From the IMG/VR virus record IMGVR_UViG_3300019760_000006, positions 28,761-92,760 of that record: a stretch of 64,000 nucleotides of DNA. One strand, 5' to 3'. Both the position numbers and the translations under genes were made by a program. The DNA comes from a virus. Under the pieces are notes generated by a model, which ran no database searches, was not told the DNA's origin, and saw nothing but the letters and a program-made list of their open reading frames with translations. Positions 9,491 to 17,158 of the stretch are shown in pieces. Within the stretch, counting starts at the first letter, position 1, and each line of letters opens with the position of its first letter.

Positions 9491-9748
9491 TTATTCATCA
9501 CAACACCAATCTTCATTATCTGCCAAGTCAATATCAATATATTGATTCATTTTTTCTTCAGCCTCTTCTCTGATTTTAAATTTAACACATTCATTATTAA
9601 AACCTTGAAAACAAACATCCTCCCACTTACCTTGTATTTCTTCTTTTGTGTACATAAATGTTATAAATGGAAAATATTTCTTAGGTCTTCTCCACATTTG
9701 AATTTTCCAAAAACCACCCTTATTGACACACAACCTATAATTATTCAT
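9491..9748 (-). CDS. Hypothetical protein
   Basis: 85 aa, AAGGAG SD; C-terminus paralogous to 10256..10378. Confidence 0.65.
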   Translation of the reverse strand: MNNYRLCVNKGGFWKIQMWRRPKKYFPFITFMYTKEEIQGKWEDVCFQGFNNECVKFKIREEAEEKMNQYIDIDLADNEDWCCDE

Positions 9749-9766
9749 TTTAATCTCCTTTATAAA

Positions 9767-9991
9767 TTAGTTTTTATTTTTATCTATAATCTTCATAGTT
9801 TCTTCGTCAACATCAAAATCTCTCAAGAATTGGCTCTCTGTGTAAGCTACAGGATCAATTCTTGATAACTTATACCAAACAACCCTATCACATTCATTAC
9901 AAACAAACCTTGTAAAAGCTGGAGTCTTATCTGGAACTCCAACAGATATAAAAGCATCACAATCATCATATGGACGTTCGCCAAAATTCAT
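9767..9991 (-). CDS. Hypothetical protein
   Basis: Probable start ATG 9991 (MNFGERP) behind GAGGAG. Confidence 0.6.
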   Translation of the reverse strand: MNFGERPYDDCDAFISVGVPDKTPAFTRFVCNECDRVVWYKLSRIDPVAYTESQFLRDFDVDEETMKIIDKNKN

Positions 9992-9992
9992 T

Positions 9993-10250
9993 TTATTTAT
10001 TCTCCTCTTTTTGAACACCATACCAAATCTCTTTAAACTTATCACTATCAATCTTATCAAGAGTGTCAGCAAGCTTATAAACCATATCAACCAACTCATC
10101 TCTTTCTTTGATAATATTATTAGCTATATACTTATTAGTACAACAAATAGATTCATCATTTGCACTTGCGATATTGACATCTAAACCATTTGTGTGCCTT
10201 CCAAAAACAAACCACCTTGGGAATCTCTCTTCTACATATCTCTCTATCAT
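9993..10250 (-). CDS. Hypothetical protein
   Basis: 85 aa with AAGGAG SD. Confidence 0.65.
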   Translation of the reverse strand: MIERYVEERFPRWFVFGRHTNGLDVNIASANDESICCTNKYIANNIIKERDELVDMVYKLADTLDKIDSDKFKEIWYGVQKEENK

Positions 10251-10255
10251 TTTAT

Positions 10256-10378
10256 TTATTCTCCTTTATTTGAATCACAAACCCAACTGTCATTTTGTGA
10301 AAGTTCAATATCAGTATAATGATTCATTTGTCCTTCAGCTTCCATTCTTGTTCTAAATTTAACACAAGACAAAAACAT
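10256..10378 (-). CDS. 40-aa paralogue of the C-terminus of 9491..9748 (not in ORF track)
   Basis: MFLSCVKFRTRMEAEGQMNHYTDIELSQNDSWVCDSNKGE aligns without gaps to CVKFKIREEAEEKMNQYIDIDLADNEDWCCD. Confidence 0.55.
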   Translation of the reverse strand: MFLSCVKFRTRMEAEGQMNHYTDIELSQNDSWVCDSNKGE

Positions 10379-10591
10379 AACTACACCTTTTTATTTAAAA
10401 ATTTTAAATATCAAATAGATTGAATCAATACACAATAACTACTAAATCAATCCCTTACAAAATAATATTTACCAGTCCAAGACTCTTCCTTACACCACTC
10501 CTCTGCTTCTTTAATATTATCAAAATCTTTAAATATAATATCTGTTACACAGTGATAATCATTATCAACTTCTACTATCTCAATTTTCATT

Positions 10592-10777
10592 TTATTTTCC
10601 TTTTAAATATTTACAATGAGATAATTCAACCCTTATATTACACAACTCTTCTGTAAGGGCTTTTTGTTTATCAAACATACTATTGACAAACCAATAACAA
10701 TAGCTAAGCCAACAACATAATACAATTATCACTGCAATTAGCCAACAACATGATAGTTTATAAAAATTTTTATCCAT
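10592..10777 (-). CDS. Small membrane protein
   Basis: One hydrophobic helix; AAGGTG SD. Confidence 0.5.
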   Translation of the reverse strand: MDKNFYKLSCCWLIAVIIVLCCWLSYCYWFVNSMFDKQKALTEELCNIRVELSHCKYLKGK

Positions 10778-10788
10778 ACTACACCTTT

Positions 10789-10992
10789 TTATCTAAAAAC
10801 ATTAACATTGTAAGCATTAATAGAGCAAGTAGCGCAATAACAGTTACAACCAACAATAGTCCACCCGTTATCTATGATATCAATTTCATACGCTTCTGGT
10901 ATGTCGTAAGTGCCCCAATTCTTTTCCATAGGTATTTCCATATATTTACCACAACCACTACATCTTATCTTCATTACGCATGTAAAATTCAT
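10789..10992 (-). CDS. Small Zn-finger-like protein
   Basis: CSGC...GW...YCATC; AAGGAG SD. Confidence 0.65.
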   Translation of the reverse strand: MNFTCVMKIRCSGCGKYMEIPMEKNWGTYDIPEAYEIDIIDNGWTIVGCNCYCATCSINAYNVNVFR

Positions 10993-11373
10993 TTTAATCT
11001 CCTTTACAAATTAGTTTTTGTTAAGTTCAAAAACAACTTACTATAACATTTTTATAATGTCAACTATTATTTTTCATATCTTGTAATTTTAAGACTATAC
11101 ATATTATTAGTTTCTATATATAGAAACACTTACATCATTCAATCATCTTATGGATGATAAACACACAAAATACAAAAACAACAATAATTTGTAGTTTATA
11201 TAGTGAGTTACAAGGAAATAAGAGAAAATCTATGAAAACAAGAGCTTTTTAAAACAACAAAAAACATACATTTCTATTGTAACTTCTTATTTTAATTACA
11301 AATATAAACAAAATAAAAATAATCTTGAATTTAGAATAATCTGATATTTGCCTGTAATCAAGAATAATAGGAC

Positions 11374-11402
11374 TTGACAGGCAATAAATTTCAAGGTATA
11401 AT
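11374..11402 (+). promoter_or_regulatory. Consensus sigma70 promoter (junction A)
   Basis: TTGACA-17 nt-TATAAT. Confidence 0.9.
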
Positions 11403-11735
11403 ACTACCTATTAAACAAACAAATTATGAAACTATAAATATATTAGCTATAAATTATATGCCTTTGGCATTAAGTTTATCTTATAAATTTTATTCTTTTA
11501 ATTGTTATTATTAATAAAAAACAAAAGAATAAATTATATATAAATAATTTTATCTCTTTATTTTCTTTTATTAATAAAAACTTAAAGAGATAAATAATGT
11601 TACTTATATATTATATGTCCGTAGGACATAAATATTGTGTTAAAGATTTTATTCCTTTGTTATTTATTATTAATATTAAATAAAGGAATAAATATATAAG
11701 TAACAAATTATATGTACGTAGTACATAAATTATAT
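11403..11735. repeat. Structured non-coding element, copy A (three triloop hairpins, three 45-46 bp inverted repeats)
   Basis: ATGCC-TTT-GGCAT, TATGTCC-GTA-GGACATA, TATGTAC-GTA-GTACATA; TTTATNNNTTT-N23/24-AAANNNATAAA three times; homologous to 49309..49580. Confidence 0.85.
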
Positions 11736-11770
11736 GTTATGATTTTATAATAAATAAAAGGAGAATAAAA

Positions 11771-12106
11771 ATGTTTAATAAGATAAAAATAATCTATAAT
11801 ACATTGTTGTTTATTTCAAGGTATGTTGAAGATTACAACCAATCTAAAGAACATATAAAAAGAGTTGAAAGAGATTTGTATATCGTAAGAGAAGAATATA
11901 GGAGATTGTATTTAGAACACACAAAGATTAAGAAAGAAATAAAAGCAATACAAAAGGATTTAAAACCACCTTATGATGGTGATGTTAGAGTTGTTGATGT
12001 GTTTTGTTCTGTTTGTGGTAACTACATCAGGTCTGTTGAGAGTTTAGATGAGGGTGATATTTACTTTTGTTCTAAATGCCAGAATAATATGTGCAATTAT
12101 AAATAA
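11771..12106 (+). CDS. Coiled-coil plus Zn-ribbon hypothetical protein
   Basis: CSVC...CSKC; AAGGAG SD. Confidence 0.7.
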   Translation: MFNKIKIIYNTLLFISRYVEDYNQSKEHIKRVERDLYIVREEYRRLYLEHTKIKKEIKAIQKDLKPPYDGDVRVVDVFCSVCGNYIRSVESLDEGDIYFCSKCQNNMCNYK

Positions 12107-12149
12107 TAAAAGGAGATATGTTTTTGTAATACAAAAATAAAACAAGTAT

Positions 12150-12389
12150 ATGAAAAACAATAGAAGTGAAGAGAAGATGACTATGAGAGATTACGATAGG
12201 AGATTAAATGATAGATGTGTGTGTTGTAATGAGTTTTTAAATGAGGGGGGTAGGGATGTTATGTGTGACAAATGTAGAAGAGCTTGCTATGAATCAGACA
12301 ATAATTATAATGATTGGTGTGTTGATAGTGTGTTGGGTTGGAATGAAGATATCAGCTTATCTGATCTGAAAATTGATACATGCTATTAA
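12150..12389 (+). CDS. Small Zn-finger-like protein
   Basis: CVCC...CDKC. Confidence 0.6.
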   Translation: MKNNRSEEKMTMRDYDRRLNDRCVCCNEFLNEGGRDVMCDKCRRACYESDNNYNDWCVDSVLGWNEDISLSDLKIDTCY

Positions 12390-12399
12390 ACATTGATTT

Positions 12400-12480
12400 T
12401 AGGTTGATAGAGAGGTGTTTGTATTGATTGGTGTAAGTGTATACGTTTAGAATAAATATCTTTCTATCAGCTTATTTTAT
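12400..12480 (+). terminator. Long G-U-rich RNA hairpin (terminator or processing site)
   Basis: 12401-12422 pairs fully with 12452-12473 (22 bp, 6 G-U), followed by ATTTTAT. Confidence 0.6.
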
Positions 12481-12666
12481 GTGTTAAAATGGAGATTATA
12501 AATAGATGATAGATTTAATTCTATTGAAAGATTATATTTGGTTTGGTGTTTCTTATATTTATATAAAAATGTATAACTATATTCATAAGAAATAACATAT
12601 TTGTAACTATTTATAACAAAAATAACATATTTGTTATTATTTATTACAAAAACGTAATAAAATAGT

Positions 12667-12695
12667 TGCAATAAATTAATATTCATGATATAATT
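12667..12695 (+). promoter_or_regulatory. Sigma70-type promoter with extended -10
   Basis: TTGCAA-17 nt-TATAAT with TG upstream of the -10. Confidence 0.65.
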
Positions 12696-13070
12696 ATTGT
12701 ATTAATTATTTTGATAAATGAAGAAAGGAAGAAATATGGATGATATTGTTTTAGAACTTAAGAAGTTTTATATTTCAGTTATGAATAATGATAAATTAAA
12801 GATTGAAGATAGATTGGATGCAGCGGATAAGCTAAGAGAGTTTCTTAGTGAATATAATGATGATTAATGATAAAATAACTAAACATCGTAAAAATAAGTC
12901 TATAGAAGAACTTAAAAGAAAAGCTGACAAAGCAAGACGAAAAGGTTGGTTCACAGTAGAGGAAATTGATTATGCTGAAGTAGAGGCAGAATATTTAGTT
13001 AAATTGTTTGGTTATAATAAATAATAATTGTTTGTAGATGATTAATAATATTTAGTAGGAGGTGACGAAT

Positions 13071-13406
13071 ATAGATATATTTATGAATTACACTCTTCCA
13101 GATCCTCCAAAAAAGAATAATCCTGAAGAATTTGCTAAAAGAGTTGATGTTTTTATAAATTTTTGGGATTCTCCTAAATTTCCAGGAGAAGATTCAATGT
13201 TTTCAAAAAGTAATCAGATTAAATCTGAGTTTAAAGCTAAGGTTTTAGCTAACACTGAGTTTAAAGAATCAAATGAAAGTATTTATAATAGGAAAACTGA
13301 TTATTCAGATAACTCTTCTTTATCAACTATAAAAGATAACAGTAGTCCAATGGATCATATAATATCTTCTGGTTTTTCCATGGCAGCTATGGGTGGAATA
13401 TTTTAA
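13071..13406 (+). CDS. Hypothetical protein, probable ATA start
   Basis: AGGAGGTGAC-GAAT-ATA; the track's GTG lies inside the SD; alternative ATG at 13083. Confidence 0.6.
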   Translation: MDIFMNYTLPDPPKKNNPEEFAKRVDVFINFWDSPKFPGEDSMFSKSNQIKSEFKAKVLANTEFKESNESIYNRKTDYSDNSSLSTIKDNSSPMDHIISSGFSMAAMGGIF

Positions 13407-13523
13407 TAATAGTTGATTAAGTACTTGCTCTGTTACTAATAAGTAACATCAAATTTGAATCTATAATTTTATAGTCACCTTATACTATTTAATAGATAAG
13501 GTGTTGTAAAATGGAGATATATT

Positions 13524-13748
13524 ATGCTTCCATATGGAATTCCAAGACTCCCTCAAACTGATTGCCCTGATTGTATTGATTTACATTATTTTGGTTTTAA
13601 ATCAAGAAAAGGTAGATTAGACGGTAAGAGTAATATCAGAAATGTTAGAAATAAGAAAGCTACAAGAAGATATTGGAAACGTAAGGAGAGGAGGAGAGCT
13701 ATTAAAGAGATTAACGATGAAATCTATGAAGAAACATCTATTGAGTAG
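13524..13748 (+). CDS. Small basic hypothetical protein
   Basis: MLPYG...K/R-rich C-terminus; GGAG SD. Confidence 0.7.
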   Translation: MLPYGIPRLPQTDCPDCIDLHYFGFKSRKGRLDGKSNIRNVRNKKATRRYWKRKERRRAIKEINDEIYEETSIE

Positions 13749-13760
13749 GAGGTGATTGAC

Positions 13761-14132
13761 ATCAGTAGACCTGTAGGTAGTAACAAAGAATGGCAACAGA
13801 ATAAAAAGATTCTAAAAGCTAAAGCTGATACAGATAAATGGGCTTCTGATTTAGCACCAGAAGCAAGAAAGATAATTAAAGAGCTAATGTTTAGTACAAA
13901 ATCATCACCCGTGGTTAGGAAGGGGTGTGCTGAAATTGTTCTTAAAAGAGTTGATGATAGATTTAAAGAACTTGGTGGTAAGGCTGAATATCTAACTGAT
14001 GAAGAGGTTGAGAAGAAACAACAGCAAGAGCAGTCAGAAAAGGCAAAAAAGAAAACTGAGGAGAATGGTGGAACTCCATTTTTAAGACTTACCTGTGAAA
14101 CACCTGATGAGAAGACAGGGACAAATGATTAA
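13761..14132 (+). CDS. terS: Putative terminase small subunit, probable ATC start
   Basis: Position upstream of TerL; helical protein starting (M)SRPVGS; AGGAGGTGAT-TGAC-ATC. Confidence 0.55.
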   Translation: MSRPVGSNKEWQQNKKILKAKADTDKWASDLAPEARKIIKELMFSTKSSPVVRKGCAEIVLKRVDDRFKELGGKAEYLTDEEVEKKQQQEQSEKAKKKTEENGGTPFLRLTCETPDEKTGTND

Positions 14133-14135
14133 TTG

Positions 14136-14207
14136 TTGACATTAAGTTTATGAAATGATATTCTCTAATATCTTAAAATATTAAATAAAAGGAGAATGTT
14201 GTTTTAT
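14136..14207 (+). promoter_or_regulatory. Sigma70 promoter overlapping an RBS-sequestering hairpin of the HNH gene
   Basis: TTGACA-17 nt-TATTCT with extended TG; 14150-14166 pairs with 14191-14207 (SD and AT of ATG). Confidence 0.75.
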
Positions 14208-14913
14208 GAGTGAAGATGAAAAAGAGTTTAGGGTTATTAAAGAGTTTCCTGATTATGAGATTAACAAAGAAGGTATTGTAAGAAGGGCGAGTGATAAATT
14301 TAAACCTAATATTAGAAGGAATGGTAGGGGGTTTAAGTCAGTATCTCTAAAAGGTTCTAATGGGTTTAGATCTGTATATATAAAAAGACTCTTAGATTCT
14401 ACGTTTAACAAACCAGAAGAAGATGATATTGTATCTTTAGATGTAATAGGTTATCCAGAATATTCAGTAACATATGAAGGAAGAGTATGGAGTTACAGAT
14501 CTAATAAGTTTATGGCACCGAGAAAAATAGGAAGAGGATACTATGGTGTAAGTCTTGTAAATGAATTTGGTGATAAACATTTCTTAATTCATAGATTAAT
14601 GGCTTTAACTTTCATACCTAATCCAGAAGACAAACCAACAGTTAATCATATAGATGGTGACAAAACAAATAACTGTATTGTAAATTTAGAGTGGGCAACA
14701 TATGAAGAAAATAATAAACACGCTATATATAATAATTTAAGAGATAAAATTTTGGACACAGATAAAGTTCATGAGATATGTAAATATCTACAAGACAATG
14801 TAGGTTGTTTTGTAAAAGATGTTTGTAAAAAATTTGACGCTTCTTGGGATCAGGTTGGTGATATAAGAAAAAGAGTGACTTGGACTGAGATATCTAAAAA
14901 TTATATATGGTAA
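14206..14913 (+). CDS. Free-standing NUMOD4-HNH homing endonuclease
   Basis: Two NUMOD4-like repeats (FPDYEINKEGIV, YPEYSVTYEGRV); HRLMA..FIPNP...VNHIDGDKTNN...NLEW. Confidence 0.9.
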   Translation: MSEDEKEFRVIKEFPDYEINKEGIVRRASDKFKPNIRRNGRGFKSVSLKGSNGFRSVYIKRLLDSTFNKPEEDDIVSLDVIGYPEYSVTYEGRVWSYRSNKFMAPRKIGRGYYGVSLVNEFGDKHFLIHRLMALTFIPNPEDKPTVNHIDGDKTNNCIVNLEWATYEENNKHAIYNNLRDKILDTDKVHEICKYLQDNVGCFVKDVCKKFDASWDQVGDIRKRVTWTEISKNYIW

Positions 14914-14929
14914 TAGGAGGTGATCTAAA

Positions 14930-16429
14930 ATAAGTAATGAAGAAACTCATCAGCTTGGGCCTTGTAGTAAAAAGCAAGAGATGATTTTAAACAATGATTC
15001 TACCCTTCTAATATGCGGAGGTGCGGCGGGATCGGGTAAAAGTTATCTCTTGCTACTGATGATTTTGAAGTACGTTGATTGTCCAAATTGGCGTGGTGTC
15101 ATTTTCAGGAGATCGTATACAGAAATTGAATCTGGTGGAGGCTTGCTTGATGAGGCATCTGCAATGTATTTTGGCCTCCCCAAAAAATATAGGCCGACAC
15201 TAAATAGATCAAGGGTTTGTTTTACATTCCCCTCTGGAGCGCAACTCCAGCTTGCGTCGATGCAGCATCACCCTAAAGATACTCTTAAGCAATCTGGTTC
15301 GCAATTTAGTTTTATCGGGTTCGACGAACTTTTTACGTTCGAAGAACAGCAATTCGTTTTTCTCTTTTCCCGCCTTAGATCAAGATCAAAATATCCAGGG
15401 AGGGTAGTTTGCACTACAAACCCTTATGGTGATACATTTATCCTGAAATACGTCATAGATAATCTTGATGAGGGCGGTTTCCCTATTAAATCGCTTGATG
15501 GTAAGAAAAGATATTTTATTCGTAGAGGTGAGGATGTAACATTTGCCGATACTGAAGAAGAACTTAAAGAAAAGTTTGGTGATAAAGTAATGCCAATATC
15601 TTTTTCTTTTATATCGGCTAATTGTTATGATAACACTTACCTAATGGAAAATCAACCTGAGTATGTGGCCCACCTGGAGTCACTAAAAGATGTAGATAGG
15701 GATAGACTTTTACACGGTTGTTGGTTTGCGAAAGAGAAAGCCGCTAAATATTTTGATAGAGACTGGCTCAATAAATTAGATGAAGTCCCAAGAGGTAGTA
15801 CTTGTTGTAGAGGTTGGGACCGTGCATCCTCGCCGCCTTCGGAAAAAGAATTACATCCAGATTTTACAGCCTGTTGTAAGGTTTGGAGGACTCGTAATGG
15901 TGATTTTATAATCACAGGCCAGCATAGTAAAAACAATTATGATGATGTAACTAATACTTACGGTAGGTTTAGAAAGACTCCTGGTGAAAGAGAGAATATA
16001 ATTCTTGAACAAGCTATAAGTGATGGAGAATCTTGCACTATAGTTTTGAGTGAAGATCCTGGTAGCGCAGGAAAATTTGAGTATAAGGAAAGTGCAAAGG
16101 TATTAATGTCTGAGGGTTTTCTTGTTAAAAGAGACCCTGCTTGTCCTACAGCAAGTAAACTAAAGAGGTTTGAACCGTTTTCTATTGCTTGTCAGAATGG
16201 TTTAGTAAGCATAGTTGAGAGTACATTTGACAGAAAAACTCTTGATGCCTACTATAAGGAGCTTGAAGATTTTGATGGTGAGCGTTCTTCAAGAACACGT
16301 AAAGATGATCAAGCCGATGCTACAGCTACAGCCTTTAACTACATTTCCCAAAAGAAAAACATCCCGATAGTTTGTAGAAATCAACAAAATTTAAAGACAA
16401 TGTCTAATAGTCTTCTAAATACTCTTTAA
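14930..16429 (+). CDS. terL: Terminase large subunit, probable ATA start
   Basis: Walker A GGAAGSGKS, Walker B FIGFDE, TTNP, nuclease RGWD and DDQAD; the frame extends upstream through GPCSKKQE to ATA 14930 behind AGGAGGTGAT. Confidence 0.93.
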   Translation: MSNEETHQLGPCSKKQEMILNNDSTLLICGGAAGSGKSYLLLLMILKYVDCPNWRGVIFRRSYTEIESGGGLLDEASAMYFGLPKKYRPTLNRSRVCFTFPSGAQLQLASMQHHPKDTLKQSGSQFSFIGFDELFTFEEQQFVFLFSRLRSRSKYPGRVVCTTNPYGDTFILKYVIDNLDEGGFPIKSLDGKKRYFIRRGEDVTFADTEEELKEKFGDKVMPISFSFISANCYDNTYLMENQPEYVAHLESLKDVDRDRLLHGCWFAKEKAAKYFDRDWLNKLDEVPRGSTCCRGWDRASSPPSEKELHPDFTACCKVWRTRNGDFIITGQHSKNNYDDVTNTYGRFRKTPGERENIILEQAISDGESCTIVLSEDPGSAGKFEYKESAKVLMSEGFLVKRDPACPTASKLKRFEPFSIACQNGLVSIVESTFDRKTLDAYYKELEDFDGERSSRTRKDDQADATATAFNYISQKKNIPIVCRNQQNLKTMSNSLLNTL

Positions 16430-16485
16430 ATATTTTGTTTATAAACAAAGTTTTATCTTACAAAGATAAACCTCGACATAAACAC

Positions 16486-16514
16486 ATATTACAAAATAAA
16501 GCAATTAATGTCAA
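16486..16514 (-). promoter_or_regulatory. Antisense sigma70-type promoter facing terL
   Basis: TTGACA-17 nt-TAATAT on the minus strand. Confidence 0.5.
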
Positions 16515-16552
16515 TAAGATTTTTTAAAGTTTGAAGATCAACACATAAATTT

Positions 16553-16774
16553 ATGAAAATTTCAAAGTATTTAAACAGTAGTGAATCTGCTCAGATAACA
16601 AATGATGGAATTCTATTTCCTTCAATAATTGATTTAAAATATTTTGTAGAGGATATTATATTTGATTTAATAAATAAACACACAATATCCTCTTTAGGTG
16701 GAAAATACATATTGAATAAGGCAGCAGGAGAAGAAGAGAAAAAAAGAAATGAATACATAACAGGAGATAATTAA
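16553..16774 (+). CDS. Hypothetical protein
   Basis: 73-aa ORF, weak SD. Confidence 0.45.
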   Translation: MKISKYLNSSESAQITNDGILFPSIIDLKYFVEDIIFDLINKHTISSLGGKYILNKAAGEEEKKRNEYITGDN

Positions 16775-16780
16775 TTACCA

Positions 16781-17095
16781 ATGATAGATTGTAATAATAA
16801 GAATTTCATAAGAAAACCATTAGATTATATACATAATCAACAATTAACAAGTTCATTTGAACCTGTAACAATACCAGAAGATTTAGATTTTGACACTTAT
16901 TTAGCTAAGACAGTGAATGGCGGTGATTTAGAAGTAAAGTGGAGTAATACAAGTTCTGAATCTTTCACATTTTCATTAGAAGATGGAACTCTTCCATTAA
17001 ACACTGGTTTTGAGAAGAGAAGTTATGATAAGAATGATGTACTGTTTTATGCTAAAGGTAATGATATGTTACAGATTATGTTTGTTAAGGAATAA
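16781..17095 (+). CDS. Small beta-rich hypothetical protein (possibly virion)
   Basis: 104 aa with AGGAG SD, in the late operon. Confidence 0.6.
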   Translation: MIDCNNKNFIRKPLDYIHNQQLTSSFEPVTIPEDLDFDTYLAKTVNGGDLEVKWSNTSSESFTFSLEDGTLPLNTGFEKRSYDKNDVLFYAKGNDMLQIMFVKE

Positions 17096-17158
17096 TGAGG
17101 AAATCAATAATGAAAAGCAATTTTATGTGGGATAAAGTTTCGTTTGAGGGGGTGGTGA

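Noticed and set aside
11403-11735. CRISPR or mini-CRISPR interpretation of the junction arrays
   Set aside because: There are no identical direct repeats with unique spacers, the intervening DNA is low-complexity AT, and no cas gene is visible.
14133-14980. Group I intron around the HNH gene
   Set aside because: The flanks are too short for a ribozyme core, and TerS and TerL are each complete, so the endonuclease is free-standing.
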